DNA of 56,087 nucleotides from a virus (lineage: Duplodnaviria > Caudoviricetes), in IMG/VR virus record IMGVR_UViG_3300022074_000048, positions 1-56,087 of that record; one strand, 5' to 3'. Under the pieces are notes generated by a model that was not told the DNA's origin, ran no database searches, and saw only the letters and a list, made by a program, of their open reading frames with translations. Positions 9,021 through 18,179 of this stretch are shown here, one piece after another (position 1 is the first letter of the stretch; the number at the start of each line of letters is the position of its first letter). A program made the position numbers and the translations under genes.

Positions 9021-9305
9021 TTAACATTTCCACCTTTTACGAGCTTGCCGCAAACGGCTATTAGGGTTTTTTGCCGCCTTCGGAAATTTTTTCATCTGCC
9101 CAGCAGACCTAGCGCAAAATGATTTACGTCTTTTAGCCGCCGCACTACCTTTTTTAACTTTTCCCGTAACAGCCGTTTTTAGCTTACTTCCAGGATTAGC
9201 ACGACGATAAGCCGCTACGCCAGCTTTAGTCATTCCTGCTCCAGACTTAGTGGAGCGAAAGTTCTTTTTATTCCGTTTAGGCATATTAGCTTTTTTACGA
9301 GCCAT
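9021..9305 (-). CDS. Small basic protein (DUF6321-like)
   Basis: GAGMT.AGV..YRRANPGSKLKTAV...RRKSFCARS...RWKC. Confidence 0.65.
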   Translation of the reverse strand: MARKKANMPKRNKKNFRSTKSGAGMTKAGVAAYRRANPGSKLKTAVTGKVKKGSAAAKRRKSFCARSAGQMKKFPKAAKNPNSRLRQARKRWKC

Positions 9306-9307
9306 TA

Positions 9308-9709
9308 TTAGTAACTTTTTCTGACCTGCATAATTACTGTATATGTATCTGCAGAGGTGTGTCCAACTGTTGTAAACATTATATCACCCGTAGATCCTGA
9401 GCTTGCAGGATTAACTAACCCCCCAAAAGTTGTGTAATCATGATGCCCACTTTGATTCTCACCTAATTCAATACAAAAATCATCTGTGCTGGCGTCAAAT
9501 AAAATTTTGACTTTCATGCCATTACACTGCCACCACATTTTTTCTATGGTAGCTCCTGTGCATGCTTGACCTGATTGATTACTAGACAAAGCAGAAACAT
9601 CTACCTTTTTAACAGCACTTTCTCCTGATCCATCAGAAATATTGGTGAATTTAAATATAGCAGTTTTTTGGCCATCAACTAAGGTTTGTGAAGTTACTGC
9701 ATCAGCCAT
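9308..9709 (-). CDS. Putative virion structural protein
   Basis: AGGAG RBS; MADAVTSQT..DG...FTNISDG.GE.AV.KVDVSAL. Confidence 0.65.
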   Translation of the reverse strand: MADAVTSQTLVDGQKTAIFKFTNISDGSGESAVKKVDVSALSSNQSGQACTGATIEKMWWQCNGMKVKILFDASTDDFCIELGENQSGHHDYTTFGGLVNPASSGSTGDIMFTTVGHTSADTYTVIMQVRKSY

Positions 9710-9728
9710 ATCAATCTCCTGTAACAGA

Positions 9729-9748
9729 AGGAGGGGTCTCCCCCTCCT
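9729..9748 (-). terminator. Hairpin / weak intrinsic terminator
   Basis: Minus strand AGGAGGGG-GAGA-CCCCUCCU, then UCUGUU. Confidence 0.55.
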
Positions 9749-9755
9749 AAATCAA

Positions 9756-10304
9756 TTACGCAATCTGAACGTACTCAATAATGAACGTAAACGAACCTGC
9801 TGTTGTGGCATCAACCGTATTGGTGATGTTACAGAAAATTGTTCTTGCGGTGTCTGTGTACTGCACAGAAGCTGGAGCTGTTGTGCCATCTTGCGTCTGA
9901 AGAACCAAACTGGTCACAGTTACGTTGTGAGCAACAACGGTTGTGCCGCCATCAAGGATTTCATCGGTCTGAGCCGCAACAATCTGCGCGCCAGAAGAAG
10001 AAGTACCAACTTCGTAACCAATATCACCCGTTCCAATAACTGGGGCAACGTCACAAAAGATTTTAATGTCGGTGATGATTGTGTTCGCTGGCTGCGTAAA
10101 CTCACCAATAGTTGGGCTGTCACCTGCTGTGGTGTTTACTGTTACACCAGTAGCGTAACCAACATGCTTAATGTATTTATTGGTAAAAACACCAGTAGAA
10201 GCAACAGATGAGGTTTCTGTTATCGCACCCGTGGTCGAGTTTTTATTGATAACTTTAAAACCGTTTTCAGAGCGCACTGCTCCATTAAAAGTAGTAGTAG
10301 CCAT
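9756..10304 (-). CDS. Minor capsid/decoration-type protein
   Basis: MATTTFNGAVRSENGF start, PANTII.DI beta-sandwich; follows the major capsid gene. Confidence 0.6.
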   Translation of the reverse strand: MATTTFNGAVRSENGFKVINKNSTTGAITETSSVASTGVFTNKYIKHVGYATGVTVNTTAGDSPTIGEFTQPANTIITDIKIFCDVAPVIGTGDIGYEVGTSSSGAQIVAAQTDEILDGGTTVVAHNVTVTSLVLQTQDGTTAPASVQYTDTARTIFCNITNTVDATTAGSFTFIIEYVQIA

Positions 10305-10311
10305 TTCAATC

Positions 10312-10353
10312 TCCTGTCGTGGCTAGTGTCAGCTGCGAAATGCGCTGTCAGGA
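10312..10353 (-). promoter_or_regulatory. Leader RNA structure that sequesters the RBS of 9756..10304
   Basis: UCCUG...CAGGA closing stem contains the SD; inner CAGC/GCUG stem. Confidence 0.4.
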
Positions 10354-10370
10354 TAAAATTACTATAAATG

Positions 10371-10400
10371 AAAAAAGGGCGACTCGCAAGTCGCCCTTTT
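10371..10400 (-). terminator. Intrinsic terminator after the major capsid gene (bidirectional type)
   Basis: AAAAGGGCGACT-cgca-AGTCGCCCTTTT with A/T tracts on both sides. Confidence 0.85.
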
Positions 10401-10416
10401 CGTCATTAGTGTAAGG

Positions 10417-11325
10417 CTACGCGCCTTTTGAACCAAACACACAACGTGGGTCTGAAAAACCGAAGCTGTAACGCTCACGAGCCTTGAACCGCATGTTGCC
10501 TGTATCGAAGTCACCTTCCATCTGAGTCTTAATTGGAGCACGTTCAAAATGCTTCAGACCATTAGGTGCGTCAGTCTTAATGAAGAACGCATCTGTATCC
10601 GTAAGGAAATGGTTAACGACATAACCGTCCGACAACATACCCTTGCTACGAATAGCATTGACATCGTTGTCAGCTGTACCGCTTCTCAAGGTAGAAGCCA
10701 TTAGCCTTTCTGCAACAAACTGAAGTGCAGGTGGGATAATTAGTTTCATACCACGAAGTGCGATTTTTAGCCCACGCTCATCGGTAAAGCCAGAGATACT
10801 AATAAGAGCATCTTCCAGAGAGGTTTCGTTCAAATCCGCATCAGTTGATGGTTCGTTAGCAAACGTACCACCGCCTGAAAGAGGGTGAACAAGCGAACAA
10901 AGCTCAACACCATCACCACCAGTAGTACCAGAGGAGAAGGCATTGTTAAGGACGTTAGCGGCCTTAACTTGCTTTGTATGTGCCATTGAACGAGCCAGAG
11001 CGCGAGTGTAACGAGACGCCAAACGGTCGTACAAGTTATCCTCAATAGCTTCCTCAGTAATAGAGAACGCTAGTGCAATGGTTTCGTGAGTAAAGCGAGA
11101 AGTGAATGACTCTTGCGCGTCATCAAAATTTACCGCTCCACCTTCATTTTTGGTTGGTGCGCTACCAAAACCAGCAAGCATTACTTCCTCTTCAAACGCG
11201 CGGTCTGAAGACTCAGTATCAAAAATTTCTGCATGCTCGTTTTCGTAACGATCATATTCCATGCCAAAGAGGGCATTGAGTCCTGGCTCAAGTTCTTTGG
11301 CGAGTTGTGCTCTTGAAATAGGCAT
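10417..11325 (-). CDS. Major capsid protein
   Basis: MPISRAQLAKELEPGLNALFG.EY, SDRAFEEE, ARERYSFG.SDPR; GGAGG RBS and downstream terminator. Confidence 0.9.
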   Translation of the reverse strand: MPISRAQLAKELEPGLNALFGMEYDRYENEHAEIFDTESSDRAFEEEVMLAGFGSAPTKNEGGAVNFDDAQESFTSRFTHETIALAFSITEEAIEDNLYDRLASRYTRALARSMAHTKQVKAANVLNNAFSSGTTGGDGVELCSLVHPLSGGGTFANEPSTDADLNETSLEDALISISGFTDERGLKIALRGMKLIIPPALQFVAERLMASTLRSGTADNDVNAIRSKGMLSDGYVVNHFLTDTDAFFIKTDAPNGLKHFERAPIKTQMEGDFDTGNMRFKARERYSFGFSDPRCVFGSKGA

Positions 11326-11337
11326 TAATCAACCCTC

Positions 11338-11913
11338 CTACTTAGTGCCAGTTGTTGACTTATACGCATGCTCGTTAATAATAACGTATGCATTCGTATT
11401 ATTAGACGCTTGATCGCTATTATCAGGATCTTTAGAGATACCGATAATACGAAGCTGTGCTGTACCAGAAGCCGTAGTTGCTGAAATTTCTCCAGACGAC
11501 TTACCAGTTGTTGTACTACCCGCTGTCATAGATGTGGTGTCAGCGTTTGCACCGACACTAGCCTGAGCCAGCGTACCATCGCACTGAACTTCATAAACGA
11601 TATCCGGATCGTCGTAGATCTGAGCAACAATATCCGAAGCAGTAATGCTTCCTGGATAAAAGTTTTTAAACGTAGGCTTACCCGAAGTAGGATCAGTGTA
11701 GCTACAACCTTGGAACACACCAATGCTGTCGTCTGCAGTATTGGTTCCAGGAAGAATATCTCCCCCACCACCTGCATCCATGATCACAAGCATACCCTGA
11801 AAGATAGGGCCAGTTGCTCCTGACGCAATGACGTATTCGTTAGTAGTAAAGTTAGAAACTCCACTAAGCATACGGACAGGTTTTAGTCCAAAAGCGGCAT
11901 CTTTATTAGCCAT
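11338..11913 (-). CDS. Capsid decoration/cement-like protein
   Basis: MANKDAAFGLKPV, GVF.GC.YTDP, DDPD..YEVQ; directly upstream of the capsid gene. Confidence 0.65.
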   Translation of the reverse strand: MANKDAAFGLKPVRMLSGVSNFTTNEYVIASGATGPIFQGMLVIMDAGGGGDILPGTNTADDSIGVFQGCSYTDPTSGKPTFKNFYPGSITASDIVAQIYDDPDIVYEVQCDGTLAQASVGANADTTSMTAGSTTTGKSSGEISATTASGTAQLRIIGISKDPDNSDQASNNTNAYVIINEHAYKSTTGTK

Positions 11914-11946
11914 TTTTCATACCTTCCATAATTAGAAACAAGTGAC

Positions 11947-12408
11947 CTATTTTGTGTTAGGGCCACCAAAGGTTACACGAGATTGCCGATCTTTACTAAT
12001 CGGCATTGAAGGATGCTGCTCCTTCATAAGGTCATTATCGACAGCCGTCATTTGATCCGCCGTTTGGCTTTCAAAATACTCTTGACGACTTTCAGCAATT
12101 TCCTCTGGCACCTTTGCCAACATCAAACCCCCGACACCAATAACTCCCGCATGCTTACCGTCTTCAATAGTTGGTGCATCGAAGTCTGGATAGTCCTCTG
12201 CGCGAACAGGTTCATATCCTTCTCGAATTCGACCAGAAACATTTTTACGGTCTTCATAACCGCGAGTTTCTGTACGAATCCATCTGAATTTATAGCCTTC
12301 AGGAGGCGTTGGTGCTTCAAGCGATGACGATGGACGCCAAGGTTTTCTGCGCTCTTGCGTTGAGCGTGTTTCAGCAGCGCGAGGAGTTCTTTTTGAAATT
12401 TCAGACAT
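11947..12408 (-). CDS. Conserved head morphogenesis protein
   Basis: PW.P.S.L.AP, RWIR, REGYEPV, GVGGL.LAK.PEE. Confidence 0.65.
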   Translation of the reverse strand: MSEISKRTPRAAETRSTQERRKPWRPSSSLEAPTPPEGYKFRWIRTETRGYEDRKNVSGRIREGYEPVRAEDYPDFDAPTIEDGKHAGVIGVGGLMLAKVPEEIAESRQEYFESQTADQMTAVDNDLMKEQHPSMPISKDRQSRVTFGGPNTK

Positions 12409-13281
12409 TTAAGCCTCCTTCACGTGTCTCGCATATTCCTCTAGAGGAACGCCGAGTTTTTTAGCAATGGCCACTTGACTTTGAGTCAAACGAACAGTCT
12501 TGCGCCCAGTTTTTACATTTCGAGAAGCAGGAGCAACGGTTTGGGCGGGTCTCCGAGTGCCTCCTGATTTTTGTTCCCCAAACTTATGAGGAAATTCATT
12601 GCGAAGTCTACTATTGATTTCGTCATAGTAGTCTTCTGATGCAGGGTCAAAACCCTCTTCTTCAATCAGTTTACGATGAATTGAGAAAGCTGTAAAGGTC
12701 ATTGCTTCATCTTTTCCAAACCATTCGTTTTCTTCAGCCCATTTTTGAGCTCTTGGATCAGGTGTCGCGGGAGCCGGAGCTGAACTGGGGGCTGGAGCCG
12801 TTGCTGGGCTTTCAACCTCAACTTCAGGCGCAGATTCAAGGCGAGCCTGTTCTCTAGCCACCCTGTCGTTTTCTACGCTAAGTTTAGCAACAATTTCTTG
12901 AGCATCTGCCATAGCTTCAGAGTCACCCTCTTCATAAGCCGTTTTCAATGCCCGTTTAGCCTCAGCTAATTGACTTTTAATTCTGCCCCCAGCCTCATTG
13001 ACAAGGGTAGTGTTTGCTTTAGAGAAGTTTGTTTGCAGTTTATCGTTATCTTCTTTTAATTTTTTAGCAAATTCGATAGCTGCTTGTTCACGTCTCTCAG
13101 CCTCACGCATTTTATACGTTAAGCGGTCAATACGTTTTTTTACCCCCTCAGAATATTGCTCATGCTCTTCAGAGGTATCGTCGGAAGCCACAACCTCGGA
13201 AGCTTCATCAGTTTCTTCTTCAACTTGAATATCAATTTCTTCTTCAACAAAAAGATCTTTTTGTTCTTTTTCTTCAGCCAT
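12409..13281 (-). CDS. Capsid scaffolding protein
   Basis: Acidic N-terminus, long coiled coils, WA..N.WFG, C-terminal VRLTQSQVAIAKKLGVPLEEYA; between portal and capsid genes. Confidence 0.75.
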   Translation of the reverse strand: MAEEKEQKDLFVEEEIDIQVEEETDEASEVVASDDTSEEHEQYSEGVKKRIDRLTYKMREAERREQAAIEFAKKLKEDNDKLQTNFSKANTTLVNEAGGRIKSQLAEAKRALKTAYEEGDSEAMADAQEIVAKLSVENDRVAREQARLESAPEVEVESPATAPAPSSAPAPATPDPRAQKWAEENEWFGKDEAMTFTAFSIHRKLIEEEGFDPASEDYYDEINSRLRNEFPHKFGEQKSGGTRRPAQTVAPASRNVKTGRKTVRLTQSQVAIAKKLGVPLEEYARHVKEA

Positions 13282-13290
13282 TTAAATCTC

Positions 13291-13770
13291 CTATACGGAC
13301 ATAATGTCGCGGGGATCAGAAATAGTAGCAATAATCTCGTCATCGTTAAGGATGCGAGGTTCTGCCCCATCTATTTTAAAACGAGAGCCAGCATATCTGC
13401 CAATAAGTACCCAATCGCCCTCTTTGCACCAAGGACCGTCTGGAAACTTATCTTCATCAGCGTATGCGTCTGGACCTAAACTAACCACATAACCTACGTT
13501 TGTAGCAAGCCGATTACGCTCAACCGTTTCGTCCGCAAGAAGAATACCACCTTTAGTTTCTTTTGATGGTGTATACGGAAGGATTAAAATCCTCCAACCT
13601 GTGGGTTTTGGAAGTTTATCCAAAGCCGAGGTTGCGTTTTCATTTTCTTGATTTGGCAAAAATTGTGCCGCATCAAAGCGGTTTGGCGATACTGCCTCTG
13701 TAACAGTTGCAGTTCGGCGTTCCTTTTCCTTTTCAAGGATGTGGTCAGGAACGAATAACCTTTTAGTCAT
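13291..13770 (-). CDS. groES: Co-chaperonin GroES (Cpn10)-like protein
   Basis: P.GWRILI, ETKGGILLA mobile loop, VVSLGP, GD.VL..RYAG, ILNDDEIIA. Confidence 0.9.
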   Translation of the reverse strand: MTKRLFVPDHILEKEKERRTATVTEAVSPNRFDAAQFLPNQENENATSALDKLPKPTGWRILILPYTPSKETKGGILLADETVERNRLATNVGYVVSLGPDAYADEDKFPDGPWCKEGDWVLIGRYAGSRFKIDGAEPRILNDDEIIATISDPRDIMSV

Positions 13771-13954
13771 CTTCGTCAGTCTCCAATCTATTTCTAGTTT
13801 CTTTTAAGAGTTGTTCCATATCGCCGAGAGCAGAAACTCGACCCATAAAGTGCTGGTATTCCTCTATAGTAGAAATACCATTCGACATTAGTAGCTCACT
13901 AATTTCTGCTTGTCGTTTTTCAACTTTATTAAGAAGGTAGGTGACTATGTCCAT
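13763..13954 (-). CDS. Small conserved hypothetical protein
   Basis: Coupled between portal-proximal ORF and groES; EY....G motif. Confidence 0.6.
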   Translation of the reverse strand: MDIVTYLLNKVEKRQAEISELLMSNGISTIEEYQHFMGRVSALGDMEQLLKETRNRLETDEDD

Positions 13955-14325
13955 TATTTAAGGCCAGTAAATCCTGTTCCCCTGATTGCGGCTCCGCCAC
14001 CTTTACAAGAACCTGCAGCTAAAACTTCATCGCCATCATAATTTCCTTGACCACGACCACCGCCAGCAGCCCTTCTTACTTTACCTTTAGCACCTGTAAT
14101 CTTATCTGCATAGGTAATTTCGTCAAAAGGTTCAGCTAAAGCCGCAAATTTCTTTTGTTTATCTGTCATCTCTGAACCCCCTGCTGAGCGTTTTCTAACT
14201 TGTTTATTAGAATCTTTTCGGCCCATAGCTTCGGCTAGATCAAATTGAATAATTTCGATTTTATCTGGATCTGTTTCGTTAGCTAACATTTCCATGAGAT
14301 CTGTTACTCGGGTATTTTCAGCCAT
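13954..14325 (-). CDS. Hypothetical protein with xAxGG motifs
   Basis: RSAGG, RAAGG, C-terminal KGGGAAIRGT.F.G. Confidence 0.6.
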   Translation of the reverse strand: MAENTRVTDLMEMLANETDPDKIEIIQFDLAEAMGRKDSNKQVRKRSAGGSEMTDKQKKFAALAEPFDEITYADKITGAKGKVRRAAGGGRGQGNYDGDEVLAAGSCKGGGAAIRGTGFTGLK

Positions 14326-16686
14326 TTAATTTTTCCTTGTAGCTAGAGTCACGTTAGCACGGAGTGCTGCAATATCTTCATCGGAGGATATTTCGGCTTG
14401 AGCAAGCTCGGCTTGTTGTTGTAGTTTAGCAGCTTCAAGCTGTGCTTTTTGCTGATCAGCCATAGCCTTACGCTGTACTTCTTGTTGCTGTATCTGCAGT
14501 TCCTGTTGTTTAAGCATAACAATCGGATCAGATTGTCCAGTACCTGCCGCCTGTTGAGCAAGTTGACTAATTTGCTGAGTCGCCATAGCCGTGGCTTCTG
14601 CTAAAGCGGCCTCTTGCTGTGGGTCCATAACCATACCTTCAGCAGGTATCGGCTGACCGATTAGCTGTTCGACTTGCTGCTTATATTTCATGCCAAGATG
14701 TTCTTGCATATGCGCCATAAGAACTTGACTTGCGACTTGATTCTTTTGAATATTTGGATCCTGTAAAAACGCTGAATGTGTGGCTACATGAGCGTCGTGA
14801 TTTTGACTTTGAAACGCTTTTAATGGCTTGCCCACTAGAGAATCAATATTCTCGCTTACAGGGTCTTTCGGAATAGCTTCGTCTTTGGGTGGCAAAATAT
14901 CATCAATATTTTGAATACCCAAAGCAGAATACATACGCCTATAAGCCTCGTGTAGATCGTGTATTTGAGGTGCTGATTGCGCCATTTGTAGCTGTGTCTG
15001 CGCCATAGTCACCCGTTGACTCATACTAAACATCGCTGGGTCGCTAACAGGTACTACATCCACACGATCATCAAAATCGTCTACTTTTACTTGAGAATTA
15101 ACATTAGGAACTTGATATGGGTACTCAGAAGGCAGGTAGTTTTTTATAACTTCTGCTAAAATCCGTAACTCTTGGCGTTGCGCATAATGAAGACGTTTAT
15201 GAATAGCCGAAAGTATCTTTGTACCCTGTTCCAATAAAGCAACGGTCGTCCCTACAGGGTTAGCTTGACTTCCTTCACCTACATTAAGATCCGTGACGGA
15301 CGCAAACCGCCGTCCGCTTTCGATAAGAACGCCTAGCATCTGCAAAAGAGTTGCCGACGGTTCTTTATACGGTAAAGGCATTATTGCCTCACGTATCGAT
15401 GATCCAGGGGCATCAACGTCACGGAATTCTCCAGGCTGTAAAGGCAAATCTTCGTCTCGAACTCTAAGACCCCTTGCCTTAAAACCAGCCGGTAAGTTAG
15501 CTAATGTTCCTGCATCAATCAACTGACGAAGGATTGAAGTAGCTGACTTAGTCAACCCCCCTATCATATGGATCAGCCCAAACCCATAAAAACCCAACCC
15601 AGGCATAAATTTATAATGGGTAAAATAACGGATTTTTCTCTTTTTAGCGTCGTCTTTTTTATAATTACGGCGTATAGAAAGGATTTCGTTACTATCTTCA
15701 TGAATAGTAACAATATACGGACAAGCAATTCCCGTTTCTTCGCCATCCTCGTCTAAATGTTGGTATCCCTCAAGATCTATGTCAACATGCATTTCTAAAA
15801 GAGTAACGGAGTCGTCGTTTTGAACTGTTCTACGAAACCCTGTTAATTCAGCAACTTTTTCTTTAGCTTCGTTTTCACTAAGGGACGAACTATCGTCTTG
15901 TAGGTCTGTTTCTCTATAAAACCCATCAAATTGAAGTTTAAGAACGTCATTCGAATTCATAGTTACCGAATGGGTGATACGTGGACAAGTATCTAAGTTC
16001 GATTCAGTATAAGAAACTACCAAATCGTCTGGCATTACAAACTTACTAACAGGGCGGTTTAGTGTAGGATCAAAATATGTCTTTTTAAAAGTAGAACCAG
16101 AAAGAGGTAAATAAAACAACATCTGGTCTAGCTCTGGATCGTATTCTTCCATAACGTCCAAGACCATAAAGTTCATATAATTACGAACACGCTCCGCTTG
16201 TTCTTCAACCTCTCGGGTATGTTCACCAATAATACGAGTTTGAACTGGCCCTCCAGGAGGAATCAGTTCTTTGTAGGCTTGCGCTTGAAATTGAGTTGCA
16301 GCTTCCGCCAATAACGGGTGGGTAACGCCAGAAGAACCTCGAAACGGCTCATCTCTTTCTTCAGTTTTAACGCCCAAGAGGTCCAAACCGCTTGTATAGG
16401 TGTCCAACCAGTCTTGACGCGACTCCAAATCATCTTTATACGATGCAACAAGTTCCGAAGAAAGCGATTGAAGGTCTCTTTCATCCATTTCCTCAGCGAG
16501 GTTAGCGTAGAAATCCCCTTCTTCATTTTCTTCCTCCTCAACATACCCGACAATAGCACTGCCATCTTCGAGCATTACTGTATCTTCTTCAGAAAAAAGA
16601 GAAGGCTGTTCTTCTTCCTCGATTTCAACTTCAAGATCCCCCATCGGGGCGTCAAATATCGGAACGATAGATTTTTCAACAGCCAT
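14326..16686 (-). CDS. Portal protein
   Basis: 786 aa after TerL; HPLLAEA..QFQA.A..EL, GS.FKK.Y, GFYGFGL, LIDAGT.ANLP.GFK, C-terminal coiled-coil barrel. Confidence 0.9.
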   Translation of the reverse strand: MAVEKSIVPIFDAPMGDLEVEIEEEEQPSLFSEEDTVMLEDGSAIVGYVEEEENEEGDFYANLAEEMDERDLQSLSSELVASYKDDLESRQDWLDTYTSGLDLLGVKTEERDEPFRGSSGVTHPLLAEAATQFQAQAYKELIPPGGPVQTRIIGEHTREVEEQAERVRNYMNFMVLDVMEEYDPELDQMLFYLPLSGSTFKKTYFDPTLNRPVSKFVMPDDLVVSYTESNLDTCPRITHSVTMNSNDVLKLQFDGFYRETDLQDDSSSLSENEAKEKVAELTGFRRTVQNDDSVTLLEMHVDIDLEGYQHLDEDGEETGIACPYIVTIHEDSNEILSIRRNYKKDDAKKRKIRYFTHYKFMPGLGFYGFGLIHMIGGLTKSATSILRQLIDAGTLANLPAGFKARGLRVRDEDLPLQPGEFRDVDAPGSSIREAIMPLPYKEPSATLLQMLGVLIESGRRFASVTDLNVGEGSQANPVGTTVALLEQGTKILSAIHKRLHYAQRQELRILAEVIKNYLPSEYPYQVPNVNSQVKVDDFDDRVDVVPVSDPAMFSMSQRVTMAQTQLQMAQSAPQIHDLHEAYRRMYSALGIQNIDDILPPKDEAIPKDPVSENIDSLVGKPLKAFQSQNHDAHVATHSAFLQDPNIQKNQVASQVLMAHMQEHLGMKYKQQVEQLIGQPIPAEGMVMDPQQEAALAEATAMATQQISQLAQQAAGTGQSDPIVMLKQQELQIQQQEVQRKAMADQQKAQLEAAKLQQQAELAQAEISSDEDIAALRANVTLATRKN

Positions 16687-16697
16687 AATTATTTTCC

Positions 16698-18179
16698 CTA
16701 GTAATAAACAAAGCTCTTCAACTTATACTCTAGCTCATCGTCCTCATAATCGGACGGTTGACGTATGAAACCACCTTGCCTGAACCTGAGTAACGCTTGG
16801 GTCGTTGAGTCGACCAAGTCGTCGTTGTCTCCGTTAGGGAATTCGCACAATTCTTCGACAAGTTCTTCCCCGAACCGCGTTTCGGGTATCCAAACCAGTC
16901 CAGACTCGAAAATGGGTGCCACAGCGTTAGTCCGAGCAATTTTATCATTCCCTCTTGTAGGCGTGTAGTTTTGCACAGGGATGCCCATTGCCCGCAATTC
17001 TTGCGTCAAAGGCATTCCAGAAGCCTTCGCTTCGATAATAACTGAATCTGGCTCCCAATGTATATAACTTTCGTAAGCCACTTTCTTTAGTTCGGGAAAA
17101 TCAAGGCGGTCTTTTACAGAATCAAGCAAAATTATTTGATAATTTCCGCTTTCTGACTCGTTTCTAAAAACACCCCATGTCGTTATCGCGCTAAAATCTG
17201 CTTTTTCTGACTTCGAGAACGCTGTATCGTAACTTTGTATGATATATTCGGGAACAGGAGGCGTGGTTTGCTCCCAAAACCGAATCCACTCACGTTTTAT
17301 AATCGCTCCTTCACCGCCAGTGGGCTCTTGCATCCACTGTGCAGCCCATTTTGCGTGCGGTAAAGATGCTCTTACCCCCTCTAATTCCTCAATTTTCCAA
17401 AATTCAGGCCAACAAGGGTTGCCAGAAGGCATAATTGCAGGAAATTCTATAACTTCCCATTGATCGGCCTTTGGATCAAGGGCTTGTGCTTTAATTAACT
17501 GTCCTGTTAGATCCTTTTTAGACCATCTTGTCATAACAAGAATGATCGTCCCTCCAGGCTGGAGACGCTGACGAGGACCAGACGTGTACCATTCATACGC
17601 CGATTCCATCGCCGTTTCACTCATCGCATCTTGTTCCGAGTGGGGGTCGTCAATAATAAGAACATCAGCACCGCGACCAGTAATAGCTCCACCAACACCC
17701 GCTGCAAAGTATTCTCCGCCTTTAGCGGTCTCCCATCTTCCTGCGGCTTTGGAATCTGCTCTAAGTGATACATCTGGAAATACTTTCTTATAATCTTCGG
17801 TATCTACAAGGTCACGAATTTTACGACCAAACCGCACAGCTAGTTCGCCTGTATGCGTTGCCTGGATAATTTTTAAATCAGGTTTAAGACCCAAGAGCCA
17901 AGATGGAAGCATATAGGACGACATCTCTGATTTTGAATGTCGTGGACCCATATTAATAATTACACGTTTTAATTCACCCCTAGCCACGCGATTAAACGTC
18001 TGTGACATTTTACGGTGATGGTAGCCTTCAATAAACGAGGGCCACATGGATTTAACAAAAGTTAAAAAATCATCTCGCGATTGTTTTCGTATCTCGCGTT
18101 GTTTTAATTCCTCCGCAATTATAAATGCTTGTTCAGCCTTTTCGCGAGGAAGGTGAGAAAAATCTAGATCAGTTAGCAT
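16698..18179 (-). CDS. terL: Terminase large subunit
   Basis: Walker A variant GPRHSKS, Walker B IIDDPH, coupling motif MTRW, nuclease motifs SYDTA, IIEAKASG, DDLVDS. Confidence 0.95.
   Translation of the reverse strand: MLTDLDFSHLPREKAEQAFIIAEELKQREIRKQSRDDFLTFVKSMWPSFIEGYHHRKMSQTFNRVARGELKRVIINMGPRHSKSEMSSYMLPSWLLGLKPDLKIIQATHTGELAVRFGRKIRDLVDTEDYKKVFPDVSLRADSKAAGRWETAKGGEYFAAGVGGAITGRGADVLIIDDPHSEQDAMSETAMESAYEWYTSGPRQRLQPGGTIILVMTRWSKKDLTGQLIKAQALDPKADQWEVIEFPAIMPSGNPCWPEFWKIEELEGVRASLPHAKWAAQWMQEPTGGEGAIIKREWIRFWEQTTPPVPEYIIQSYDTAFSKSEKADFSAITTWGVFRNESESGNYQIILLDSVKDRLDFPELKKVAYESYIHWEPDSVIIEAKASGMPLTQELRAMGIPVQNYTPTRGNDKIARTNAVAPIFESGLVWIPETRFGEELVEELCEFPNGDNDDLVDSTTQALLRFRQGGFIRQPSDYEDDELEYKLKSFVYY

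Noticed and set aside
9642-10211. 189-aa plus-strand ORF
   Set aside because: Antisense to a well-supported structural gene; no recognisable features
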